IMG/VR virus record: IMGVR_UViG_3300044852_000015
Coordinates: 96,001 to 160,000 of that record
Reading direction: 5' to 3' (one strand)
Length of the DNA: 64,000 bases
Source: a virus
Lineage: Duplodnaviria > Caudoviricetes
Under the pieces are notes generated by a model. That model was not told the DNA's origin. It made no database searches and saw only the letters and a list, made by a program, of their open reading frames with translations. Position numbers and translations under genes: made by a program. Below are positions 29,123 to 37,492 of the stretch, one piece after another (the first letter of the stretch is position 1; the number at the start of each line of letters is the position of its first letter).

Positions 29123-30064
29123 TTACAGTGAAACACCGGTACCTGGTGGCTGGATGTCTTTCAGTTGCATCAGTACGGGTTGCTCAACGCTCTCCGAATC
29201 GTAGCCTTCTTCTGTCGGGAGGATATTGAACTGATCAGCAATCAACACTTGGAGCACACGGCTAACACGACCACGGGTGTTAGTAATCAACTCCATGGTT
29301 TTACCCACCACCACGTCAGTGACTTGGAAGCGTACAGGCTGTCCCGCTTTGTTAGTCATCCAACCCTCGTAGATTCCAGGCTCGATGCGTGGGAACTCAC
29401 TGATGTAACTGTCAGCCACCTTGGCCACCACCCCTGACAACACGTCAAGACTGAGAGCCGCAATGGCGATGACTTCCAACCCAGCCTGAGCAGTCAGCCC
29501 CACTGTGTATACGAAGTTGACCCCTGACTCGTTATCGAAGACTTGCTGGAGCGTGTAGCCGTGCTCAGCAATCAGGTCGTCTTCTTTAGCGTGGAGGTGG
29601 GCTCGTACCACAGTCATCTGGAGCTGACCGATGGCCATTAAGGAAATACACTTTTCACGCATGAAGCGGAAGTAGTCGTCACGACTGAATCGAGCCACTT
29701 TGAAAGGGGAGGTTTGCCAGCCGCTAGCCAGTTGTTCCAACAAATGCTGAGTGAGGATAGTCGGGTGCCGCCGGAGGATGTCGAGTGTGGCGACGACGTC
29801 CTTAGCAGTAGGGATCAAGTCCCATGTCAGGAAGCGGGTGGAATTCTCGGGAATCAGTTCTGGCTCTAGGTAATCCCCCAGACCTTTGGAGATCAACCAC
29901 GTACAGAAGTTTTCAGGAGTGTGCTGGACTTCAGCAACCTCCTTTGTAAACTCCTCGTACTCCTCGTAAGGGCTGAAGGCGCGGGTGGGCATAAAGCCAA
30001 CATTCCAGATCGTCACCGGACGACCCTCAATGGTTTTGACCAACACGTGTGCTTTCGACATCAT
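29123..30064 (-). CDS. Hypothetical protein with C-terminal DUF4262-like domain
   Basis: IAEHGYTLQQV..FVYTVGL...LEV and VLQVLIADQFNILPTE. Confidence 0.55.
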   Translation of the reverse strand: MMSKAHVLVKTIEGRPVTIWNVGFMPTRAFSPYEEYEEFTKEVAEVQHTPENFCTWLISKGLGDYLEPELIPENSTRFLTWDLIPTAKDVVATLDILRRHPTILTQHLLEQLASGWQTSPFKVARFSRDDYFRFMREKCISLMAIGQLQMTVVRAHLHAKEDDLIAEHGYTLQQVFDNESGVNFVYTVGLTAQAGLEVIAIAALSLDVLSGVVAKVADSYISEFPRIEPGIYEGWMTNKAGQPVRFQVTDVVVGKTMELITNTRGRVSRVLQVLIADQFNILPTEEGYDSESVEQPVLMQLKDIQPPGTGVSL

Positions 30065-30822
30065 TTGTCCTCCATAGGACTGTCATCAAATTCGATGTTT
30101 ACATGTTGTAGCATACGACAGATGTCTTGAAGCGTGTCTAGCAAAGGTGCTCTGACGTACTGAAGCTCTGGGTAGAACTTAGCAGTCGTACCACCAGGGC
30201 GTAGCGAACCTACGCACTTGATCGCTTCCCACGTAGCCACAGGGCGGTTGCCGTGCATGTACGTGGCAATCCCACGACCAAACCACATCGACAGACCTTG
30301 GTAGGTTGGGGACACTTCCTTTAGTTCGTGCATCCACACCCGGATACAACCATCTGCATCAACGTTCGGTGGACGCATATCCCACTCGATAGCGGCAACG
30401 TTCAACTCAATGTAGAACAAACCATTGAGCTTACGTTCATGCAACCAGAACTTCTTGTAACGCTCACGCATCTCTACGCCAGCCCAACGCTGTAGCTTAC
30501 AGATTGAAGCGAGGTCTTTACAGAGGCCGCGATCGCGGTCTACCTCTGCTTCAGTTGGGTTCGGTACAGCAGGTACGTAAAGACGCCAGCCTTCTTCAGC
30601 CAGTTCGCCCAAGCGCCGCATTCCAGCATCCAGTGTTTTAGGCAACGAGGCTTGGAACAACTCACGACCGTTGAACCACACCACACACGGATAGCTGCGA
30701 GGAGTTTCTTTTGGTGGGAGGGTAGTGTAGAAGTGTTCGTTGATAACACGTTTCCACACATGACTGTTGCGAACTACGTAACCACCCCACGGGAGTTTCT
30801 GGTACTTCAGATGCTTGCTCAT
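30061..30822 (-). CDS. Hypothetical protein
   Basis: 253 aa; P(R/K)xYPxVV motif shared with 31181-31468. Confidence 0.65.
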   Translation of the reverse strand: MSKHLKYQKLPWGGYVVRNSHVWKRVINEHFYTTLPPKETPRSYPCVVWFNGRELFQASLPKTLDAGMRRLGELAEEGWRLYVPAVPNPTEAEVDRDRGLCKDLASICKLQRWAGVEMRERYKKFWLHERKLNGLFYIELNVAAIEWDMRPPNVDADGCIRVWMHELKEVSPTYQGLSMWFGRGIATYMHGNRPVATWEAIKCVGSLRPGGTTAKFYPELQYVRAPLLDTLQDICRMLQHVNIEFDDSPMEDK

Positions 30823-30850
30823 CTCTGTTCTCCTCAGAACACTTACTTAA

Positions 30851-31177
30851 TTAGTGACTGACCCAGATGTCACAGTTATGTTTAGCCGTATCGGCGATGA
30901 ATGTGCGGGCGGTTAGGAAGTCTTCTTCCGTAAACATCCCATGGCGATCCACCCACGGACCCAAGCCTTTCTCACAACGGTAGACGAGGTACTCTTTGTA
31001 AGTACGCGGAGTCTCGTCATTCGCTGCGTGGACGCTGGTGCTGTCAATCCTGACCTGATGGCGCTCTCCATCTGAATCTCGTTGCTCGTCATACCACAAC
31101 GAACACATCTCGACCACTAACCACGATCCGGTGGAATACCCAATCGCATCGTGCTTCGTATCAACTTGACAGCCCAT
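30851..31177 (-). CDS. Hypothetical protein
   Basis: 108 aa in tightly packed operon. Confidence 0.6.
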   Translation of the reverse strand: MGCQVDTKHDAIGYSTGSWLVVEMCSLWYDEQRDSDGERHQVRIDSTSVHAANDETPRTYKEYLVYRCEKGLGPWVDRHGMFTEEDFLTARTFIADTAKHNCDIWVSH

Positions 31178-31180
31178 TTT

Positions 31181-31468
31181 CTAGTCCCCTTGAACTTCTT
31201 TATATTGAGCCAGTAGTTTTTCTTTGTAGTCATCCAAAGACAACCACGAACAACTTACACCAGCACCCCAGCTACGACTGAACAAGTACACCACACTCGG
31301 GTACTCCTTCGGGTAGTTGGTAGGGTACTCCAGGTTCTCGTCTTCCGATGCACAGAAACGTTTGACTGCATCGCGGTACGCGGCTTGAGTGCGACAGAGA
31401 TGTCCACCGTCACTCAGGCGTTTGTAATTCGGTCGTTCCGTAAACTTATTCAATTGTACTAATTTCAT
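31181..31468 (-). CDS. Hypothetical protein
   Basis: 95 aa; AAGGGG SD. Confidence 0.65.
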   Translation of the reverse strand: MKLVQLNKFTERPNYKRLSDGGHLCRTQAAYRDAVKRFCASEDENLEYPTNYPKEYPSVVYLFSRSWGAGVSCSWLSLDDYKEKLLAQYKEVQGD

Positions 31469-31516
31469 GACAACCCCTTAAAAAAAGAAAGGGACCCGAA
31501 GGCCCCTCACTTACTA

Positions 31517-31918
31517 TTAGCTAGGAAACTGTAACAGGTACTCAGCCATCTTCTTGCGCGTGCGGCGAATCCACCGGGCGCAAGGGACCTGAGTGCAACT
31601 ACGCTTCCCTTGTCTGACACGTTCTTCCAGCGTACTGAACACCAACGGCAAGGGGTAATAAACCCACTGGTCTTCAATGGTGCGGCGAACTAACGTAAAC
31701 TGAAACTCTCGAGACGTCTCCTTGTGGTGAACGCCTCGGTATGCTGCCACCAACTCATGATCACGCAGGCGGTCGTAGATGATGACGTTCGTTCCAGTCT
31801 TCTCGTCTTCACGAGTTTTCTTCCGGAACAAAGTGCCTTCAATTACGTGTTCGTATTTCTGCCCGCGAACCTCCACACAGATGCGTGGGGTTTGGATGTG
31901 TGTGTTGATGGCATTCAT
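31517..31918 (-). CDS. Hypothetical protein
   Basis: 133 aa, coupled to upstream gene. Confidence 0.6.
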   Translation of the reverse strand: MNAINTHIQTPRICVEVRGQKYEHVIEGTLFRKKTREDEKTGTNVIIYDRLRDHELVAAYRGVHHKETSREFQFTLVRRTIEDQWVYYPLPLVFSTLEERVRQGKRSCTQVPCARWIRRTRKKMAEYLLQFPS

Positions 31919-32235
31919 TATTGCTGTGCCCGTGCTGGCAGTCTATCCCAAGGATGGGGCATTCCATTAACTTTGATCCACTCTACAACCTCAGGGTGAA
32001 TCTCTTGAATCCTTGCATCGGAGTACGATTCTGGGAACTCAATGGTGAAGCCATCTGGGGCGGTGTTGTCATCCCAGACTTCATTGGTAGTCCAGTTCTT
32101 ACACACATCAAACTTGCAGGTTACAAGTTGCATGTCTTTCAACCAGACCGGATCGGTGCTCGGTGGTTGAGCGATAGCGTTCGCTTGAGCGGTTGCGCAA
32201 GTGACCAGCATCAGTGCAGCGAAAAGAGTTTTCAT
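31918..32235 (-). CDS. Secreted protein (Sec signal peptide)
   Basis: MKTLFAALMLVTCATAQA signal; CKFDVC. Confidence 0.7.
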   Translation of the reverse strand: MKTLFAALMLVTCATAQANAIAQPPSTDPVWLKDMQLVTCKFDVCKNWTTNEVWDDNTAPDGFTIEFPESYSDARIQEIHPEVVEWIKVNGMPHPWDRLPARAQQ

Positions 32236-32273
32236 GGTTTGTCTTCCTTAAGACCAGATTTTGGTAGTGCTTA

Positions 32274-32561
32274 TTATTGAGGTTGAGTTACGTCGAGAAT
32301 GACGAAGCGTTGGTTATCAAACAACATCGGCAAAGAGTTACTCGCTTTGCGAGCTTCGAACTCTTCCACCGGGATTGCTACATCGAGGGTGCTGTAAACC
32401 ACGTAGCGGAACCCACCTTCCACTTCGACGATCTCAGGTTCCACCGGACTACAAGTACCCCCTTTATGGAGGTTGTCGCGAATCCAGTTCAGGATGGCTT
32501 GAGCTTCATCCACAGTCTTGAACAGTTTCTCGGAGGTTGTTGCGCAAAGTACTTGCTTCAC
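32274..32561 (-). CDS. Hypothetical protein
   Basis: 95 aa, GTGA overlap with upstream gene. Confidence 0.6.
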   Translation of the reverse strand: MKQVLCATTSEKLFKTVDEAQAILNWIRDNLHKGGTCSPVEPEIVEVEGGFRYVVYSTLDVAIPVEEFEARKASNSLPMLFDNQRFVILDVTQPQ

Positions 32562-32830
32562 AGTTCTACCCCTTTGTCTTTTTCAGCTTGACTTTTACGG
32601 ATCGCTGCGTAAACCCACCACAGCACGATTACAGCGAGTGCCAATGCCCACAGCTTGGTCAACACCAACGCACCCAACAGAATACAGAAGTTGGTGTTAG
32701 TGTGGTGACGCACCCCGTACAGCACAGTCGAGATGAACCAACCAGATTTACCGTCGAACGAACCCTTCTTATGCTGGGTCCACATTACAGCAGCAAAGCC
32801 CAGCAGAATTACAGCGATCAGGATCGACAT
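32558..32830 (-). CDS. Small membrane protein
   Basis: Three hydrophobic segments; GAGGAGG SD. Confidence 0.7.
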   Translation of the reverse strand: MSILIAVILLGFAAVMWTQHKKGSFDGKSGWFISTVLYGVRHHTNTNFCILLGALVLTKLWALALAVIVLWWVYAAIRKSQAEKDKGVEL

Positions 32831-32853
32831 CAGGCACCCTCCTCAGGGTAAAG

Positions 32854-33204
32854 TTATTTCTTCCAGAGTGCGTACTCTGGGTTCAACCCTATAACGTCGT
32901 CAGTGACGTTATAGCAGAACTCTAGTGAACAATAGTCAGATTGCTCTGCCATTGGGATATGTGCTCTCAGACTGGCCCTGAGGAGCTTACGGAGAGTGGT
33001 GGTCGTCAGGTAGCAATACTCACCTTCTGGCTCGCACCAGATGCGGTAGGTCTTCTTACCGACCGGAGTCTCAGAAGGTCCAAGTCTGCCCAGTGGTCCG
33101 TCCACTGAAATCGTGGGAGATTGGCCGGGCAGTGGGCTGGCTTGTGCTGCGCTCGACGCCAACAGAGTTAGAGTAATCGCGCAGAACATGGACATCAGTT
33201 TCAT
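32854..33204 (-). CDS. Secreted Cys-containing protein
   Basis: MKLMSMFCAITLTLLASSAAQA signal; CEPEGEYC and CSLEFC pairs. Confidence 0.65.
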   Translation of the reverse strand: MKLMSMFCAITLTLLASSAAQASPLPGQSPTISVDGPLGRLGPSETPVGKKTYRIWCEPEGEYCYLTTTTLRKLLRASLRAHIPMAEQSDYCSLEFCYNVTDDVIGLNPEYALWKK

Positions 33205-33376
33205 TCGTTGGTACCGTATCACTAGGATTAAAGATTAAGGTCAAAACCAAAGCTACTGCGAAGGTCACACATAACCAACGTAACCACCTGTTCTGTTGCG
33301 CCAACAATTTCAGGTCGACGTTGTTGTTCAGGTTGTCGATGGCTTGCTTGCTACGATCAGCTTTCACTTGGGACAT
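33071..33376 (-). CDS. Single-TM protein overlapping the downstream gene
   Basis: RWLRWLCVTFAVALVLTLIF transmembrane segment; GGGG SD. Confidence 0.5.
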   Translation of the reverse strand: MSQVKADRSKQAIDNLNNNVDLKLLAQQNRWLRWLCVTFAVALVLTLIFNPSDTVPTNETDVHVLRDYSNSVGVERSTSQPTARPISHDFSGRTTGQTWTF

Positions 33377-33377
33377 G

Positions 33378-33578
33378 TTACTTCCCCACCCAAACTTTCA
33401 TGGTGGTTTGTTGCAGGCTACCGTCTTCAGTAGCCACAGTCTGTTCTACTTGACACCAGCCGTCTTTGCAGTCGGCAGGTTTACCGGTCTCAGCAGGCAA
33501 CAGGTAGAACGCGTAAGCCGAGGAACAGATCGAAGCCAAGGCGATTACAGCGAGGATTGCTTTTACGAATTTGTTCAT
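33378..33578 (-). CDS. Small secreted protein
   Basis: MNKFVKAILAVIALASICSSAYA signal; CKDGWC. Confidence 0.7.
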   Translation of the reverse strand: MNKFVKAILAVIALASICSSAYAFYLLPAETGKPADCKDGWCQVEQTVATEDGSLQQTTMKVWVGK

Positions 33579-33624
33579 GGTTCAGATTCCTACTAAGGAT
33601 AAGAGATTGGTGTAAGGTTGTATG

Positions 33625-33966
33625 TTAAGCGAATTGCAGTGGGGTGCGAGCCACGACTGCGTTGTTGCGTGCCAGCGACTCAGTGTTAGCAGGAGCCGTT
33701 GGGGTGCTGTATTTGGACAGTTCAGCTTCGTCGAAGTTGATAGCCACTTCTTCAGTAGCTTCAAAACCAACCAGCACTTCAGCAGTGGTGGTAACGAAGG
33801 TAGCGATGTAAACTTTGTGGAACTCGCCGTTCACGTCTTTAACAGCGACTACTTCACGGCCTTCGTGTTGACCGACAGTTACAGTCTTGGCGATGAAGAA
33901 GGATTGGTCGTCTTTAACTTTGACCAGGCCTTTGGATGCATTCAGAGCTACGATTACTTTGTTCAT
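33625..33966 (-). CDS. Hypothetical early protein
   Basis: 113 aa, preceded by the repeated TCCTTAGAAGGAA leader. Confidence 0.7.
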   Translation of the reverse strand: MNKVIVALNASKGLVKVKDDQSFFIAKTVTVGQHEGREVVAVKDVNGEFHKVYIATFVTTTAEVLVGFEATEEVAINFDEAELSKYSTPTAPANTESLARNNAVVARTPLQFA

Positions 33967-34027
33967 GTTCGTTTCCTTCTAAGGATTTAGGATTTGGGTT
34001 GCCCTCCGAAGAGGGCGGGGTGGAAGG

Positions 34028-34498
34028 TTAGCGCCGGACCTTCGCCAGAATGGCGTTGGTGATGCTCGGGGCAGCCTGCTCCGAAGAGCGACTGTAGATC
34101 CCCTTGCTCACCCAGTCCAGCGCCTTACCGTGGTGCAGGGCAACCAGATCAGCCACTTGGTTGTGGGTGACCTTCATTGCCGGCTCCTGGACACGCATGA
34201 GCATCTCCTCGCGAAAGGCGAGTGCGATGTTCTCATACTTCTTTTCGCCGTAAACACGGTCGTAAAGAATATTGCCCATGGTAACCCCAACGCTGACCAT
34301 ACCGGCGTCAGTCATCGGCAGCCGCTCCTCTTTGGCGATATAACGGATTGCCAGAGCAATCAGTACACCACGGCGAGAAGGCTGCTTGAACAAGGAGTCT
34401 GCAAATGCAGCGCCCTTATCCAAGTCGTTCAATTCCATACCCAAACGGCGAGCCCAGACGGAAAGGTTCTGGTGGGTAGCGGTTTTGTAAGTAGTCAT
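34028..34498 (-). CDS. Hypothetical early protein
   Basis: 156 aa; GGAG SD; first gene after an early promoter. Confidence 0.7.
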   Translation of the reverse strand: MTTYKTATHQNLSVWARRLGMELNDLDKGAAFADSLFKQPSRRGVLIALAIRYIAKEERLPMTDAGMVSVGVTMGNILYDRVYGEKKYENIALAFREEMLMRVQEPAMKVTHNQVADLVALHHGKALDWVSKGIYSRSSEQAAPSITNAILAKVRR

Positions 34499-34547
34499 GT
34501 TGTGTTCTCCATAGAACGAAAGATTAATGACCAGATTATTCTAGTCT

Positions 34548-34585
34548 ATTCACCAAAGTAATATATATCTGAGATTTTTTTAATT
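34548..34585 (-). promoter_or_regulatory. Early promoter
   Basis: TTAAAAAAATCTCAGATATATATTAC-TTTG-GTGAAT. Confidence 0.8.
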
Positions 34586-34599
34586 GGAATGTTTACACT

Positions 34600-34750
34600 A
34601 TGTTGTGAATACAGGCAATGTCAACATTGTCCGCAAGGGGGTGATCCAGCCTTAGTGTGTTCTCCGAATCCTTGGACTGCTGAGAAGCAAACTAAAAGGG
34701 ATTCACGGCTGCCTGTGTTCGCCCGTCCTTCGGGGCGGGCTTTTATGCCC
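34600..34750 (+). ncRNA. Candidate stand-alone structured small RNA (about 145 nt)
   Basis: 13-bp closing helix 34605-34617/34710-34722 with G-U pairs, GCAA and GAGA tetraloop hairpins, cUUCGg terminator plus U-tract, TATG at the 5' end. Confidence 0.6.
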
Positions 34751-34792
34751 AAAAAAAAAGAGGGTGTGTAACCCTCTCTCTTTCTTTATTAC

Positions 34793-35164
34793 TTACGAGT
34801 GTCCCCCATGTTTCTTCAAAGCCGCCGTTACCAAGGCGTTCTGACGAGTGGTGTCTTCGGTCATGAGTTTAAGTAGAGACGGGCTGGCTTTAACCAATGG
34901 GCTCATCTCCATCTCAAACCGACCACCCTTACGAATGTGCAACACTCCGAGCTGGTGACCGAATTCAATGCTAGAGAATTCAATGAAATCTCCCTCGTTA
35001 CAATAGCTAATAGCCAACTGTAACATCCTTGGCATGGCGGTATCGAAGTAACCGTAAGTCCGCACCATGATGATGTCTTTGGATTTACCGCGATACATGG
35101 TAGCAACAACGCGGCGGCGGTGTGGGCTGTTCAATTGGTCGAGGATTTCTTGCGCGGTAGCCAT
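34793..35164 (-). CDS. Hypothetical protein
   Basis: 123 aa, TCCTTAGAAGGAA leader. Confidence 0.7.
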   Translation of the reverse strand: MATAQEILDQLNSPHRRRVVATMYRGKSKDIIMVRTYGYFDTAMPRMLQLAISYCNEGDFIEFSSIEFGHQLGVLHIRKGGRFEMEMSPLVKASPSLLKLMTEDTTRQNALVTAALKKHGGHS

Positions 35165-35228
35165 ACTACTTTCCTTCTAAGGACTTGAGTTTAGTGGGGG
35201 TTCCCGAGAGAACCCCCTTTATGCCGTG

Positions 35229-36257
35229 TTACTTCTGGGTAACAGTGGCCATGAACTGATTGATGATCCCTTGTTTGATCTCAGCTCGCTTCTTGGCGCC
35301 CACACCATCCAGAATCAACATGTACTCGTCGATCGCTGACGACAACATGTTCTTGTAGTGCTCGTTGGTACCGTGGAGTGGGAAGTGTTTCTTGGCCGCA
35401 GAACCCAACAGTGATACAGACACCACGTCTAGGAAATCAGTGTCGGTCTTCAGGAGGTGTTCCAAAGCCTCGTGAACAGTGGATTGACTGATCTGCTCCT
35501 TTGGCGCAGGCTTGACTTCTTCACGCGGAGACATCTTCGGCATGTAGTACGGCATAGCGTACATCCCACGCACCATCCACTGGTCATTACGGTACTGACG
35601 CACCCAACCCAGGAGGGAACTGTAGTCCGCCGCACAGCCTGCGATTTCCAGAGCGCGCACCACACCGTCTTTACCACGGGTAGCCCAGAAGATGTTACCG
35701 CTGGTAGCCGACCAGATCATCACGTTGCCATAACGGAGCTTGGTGGGCTTCTCGCTGTAGTTACGCCCTTCACGACCACACCACTCCAGCTTGAGCAGCA
35801 TACGGGCTGGTTGTGGGAAGCCGGTGGTATCAATGAACGTTTCCACTTGGTCGAATGCTTCTTCGACATTGTTGTGGTAGTTCGGATACACAGGGTTTAC
35901 TGGAGAGAACTCCAGCAGGGAGAACTCAGGGCTGGTCTGCGCCATCAGGAACGCGAAGAGGTCATCGCGAGACTTCCATTCAATAAACTGGCGACGCATG
36001 GAGTAAAGTACTTGTCCCGCAGCAGTCACCACCGGGATCATGTTGTTGTCACGAGATTCCGGGTCCATGAAGAACCCATCAGTCATCTCCAGCGGTTCAT
36101 TGAACTCCTTAGAGAACAGCAGGACCCGAGGGACGTCATAGTGAGTAACCAAAGCAATAGCATCAATCACGATCGGAGCGATACGACCTTCTGGATTAAT
36201 CACCACACGGTTATTGTTTTCGGCCAGCAGGTTAGCAGTAGGGGTGAGGATGGACAT
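35229..36257 (-). CDS. Hypothetical protein
   Basis: 342 aa. Confidence 0.7.
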   Translation of the reverse strand: MSILTPTANLLAENNNRVVINPEGRIAPIVIDAIALVTHYDVPRVLLFSKEFNEPLEMTDGFFMDPESRDNNMIPVVTAAGQVLYSMRRQFIEWKSRDDLFAFLMAQTSPEFSLLEFSPVNPVYPNYHNNVEEAFDQVETFIDTTGFPQPARMLLKLEWCGREGRNYSEKPTKLRYGNVMIWSATSGNIFWATRGKDGVVRALEIAGCAADYSSLLGWVRQYRNDQWMVRGMYAMPYYMPKMSPREEVKPAPKEQISQSTVHEALEHLLKTDTDFLDVVSVSLLGSAAKKHFPLHGTNEHYKNMLSSAIDEYMLILDGVGAKKRAEIKQGIINQFMATVTQK

Positions 36258-36305
36258 TGTTTACGCCTTCTTAGGGTTTAATAGATAATTGATGTATGTC
36301 AGGTT

Positions 36306-36515
36306 TTACAAATAGAACACTTTGCTGTGGTTACTGGACGTAGCGTAGCGAGCAACACTACGAGCACTAAGTCCACTTCCACGGGCAGCTTGGGTGAGGT
36401 TGTTATACACCACGCCATTCACGCTAACCTTCTTGCGGATAGTGGCTTCACGGAGGAATGAAGCCTTTCTCACATTCTCACGATGTTCCGGGGTTTGGAT
36501 GTATCCTTCACGCAC
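36306..36515 (-). CDS. Small NUMOD1/IENR1-like DNA-binding protein (homing-endonuclease remnant)
   Basis: QTPEHRENVRKA (NUMOD3-like) and KKVSVNGVVYNNLTQAARGSGLSARSV (NUMOD1-like HTH); no nuclease domain. Confidence 0.55.
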   Translation of the reverse strand: MREGYIQTPEHRENVRKASFLREATIRKKVSVNGVVYNNLTQAARGSGLSARSVARYATSSNHSKVFYL

Positions 36516-36534
36516 GGTTTAAGTTCTCCTGTAG

Positions 36535-36572
36535 ATTCACCTAGGTAATATAGGTTTGAATTTAGTTTAAAT
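36535..36572 (-). promoter_or_regulatory. Early promoter
   Basis: TTTAAACTAAATTCAAACCTATATTAC-CTAG-GTGAAT. Confidence 0.8.
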
Positions 36573-36600
36573 GCGGCATAGCGGGCCCGAAGGCCCACCA

Positions 36601-37047
36601 TTAATAAAGGATGATGCTCACGGGTAACGGGGTTTCCACCAAGTGCTTCTCTACCAAAGGCTTGAAGTTCTTGAAGTAGTCCAGTTGACCTTGACCACAC
36701 CCTAATGCTGGAATGCCCAGTTCGGTGATCCCCAGCTCTTCGTAACGAGCCACCAAGTCTTCGAAGCCTGCACTCAGGTACTCTTCTTTACTGGGGTTGG
36801 CGAAGTGTTCCTTCGTCGGAAACAGTAAGACTTGCTGACAGGAATCTGGAATGGGGTAAACCACAAGCTTACCCACATCCAACTGCTTGGTCTTCAGAGC
36901 CACCTGATAGAACGCCAGAAGGCCAGGAGTCCTGTACTTAAAAGCTGCGGCCAACCCGTTCCCGAGTGTACCCCAGGTATTGACTGGACAGGCTACCGTT
37001 TGCAGCCCACAACTAAAGAGGGAGCCCTCACCTTCGAACACGATCAT
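36601..37047 (-). CDS. Macrodomain protein, DarG/TARG1 (Poa1p-like) class ADP-ribosylhydrolase
   Basis: GSLF, CPVNTWGTLGNGLAAAFK, LLFPTKEHF, IPALGCGQGQLDY. Confidence 0.85.
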   Translation of the reverse strand: MIVFEGEGSLFSCGLQTVACPVNTWGTLGNGLAAAFKYRTPGLLAFYQVALKTKQLDVGKLVVYPIPDSCQQVLLFPTKEHFANPSKEEYLSAGFEDLVARYEELGITELGIPALGCGQGQLDYFKNFKPLVEKHLVETPLPVSIILY

Positions 37048-37469
37048 TTTGGTTTACCCTGTTTGTTTTGTTCAAGCTGTTTGATCTGCTTCTCCGTAGG
37101 GATCAGCGACCGTGCAGCGTCTTCTGAGCAAATGCGCAAGATCAGTCGGTGGAACTCACGAGGGAGGTCTAGGAACTCCGTCAATGTGAAACCCCAATTC
37201 TTGTGCACCTCATTAACATTGAACTGGTAAATAGCGCGATACAGACCACCGTATTCGTGGTAGTCCTCTTTCACGTGTTTACCCACCAAAGCCAACGGGC
37301 GACCTTGCTCCGAGGAGTGGTCGTAGATCCCGTAGTCTTCGTCGTAAGCTTCACGCAAGACCAGTTGGGCTGTCATGCTATCCAAGTTACTGGCGTTCTC
37401 AAGCAGCCCTTCTAGCCGTCCTTTCTGACCTATCCGAGACAAACCGAAGCCGGGGAGTGCTGTGTGCAT
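37044..37469 (-). CDS. Tail/baseplate assembly chaperone-like C-terminal ORF, probably reached by -1 frameshift
   Basis: WGFTLTEFLDLPRE motif; frame is open upstream through the T9 run at 37543-37551; poorly spaced SD. Confidence 0.6.
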   Translation of the reverse strand: MHTALPGFGLSRIGQKGRLEGLLENASNLDSMTAQLVLREAYDEDYGIYDHSSEQGRPLALVGKHVKEDYHEYGGLYRAIYQFNVNEVHKNWGFTLTEFLDLPREFHRLILRICSEDAARSLIPTEKQIKQLEQNKQGKPK

Positions 37470-37492
37470 GTCCCCGATTTGTGGGTTGATCT

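Noticed and set aside
32854-33376. Rz/Rz1 spanin pair
   Set aside because: No lipobox cysteine at the signal cleavage site, no coiled-coil periplasmic domain, no lysis genes nearby.
34589-34771. 60-aa plus-strand ORF over the structured element
   Set aside because: No SD, starts before the TATG, and runs through a terminator; RNA structure explains the sequence better.
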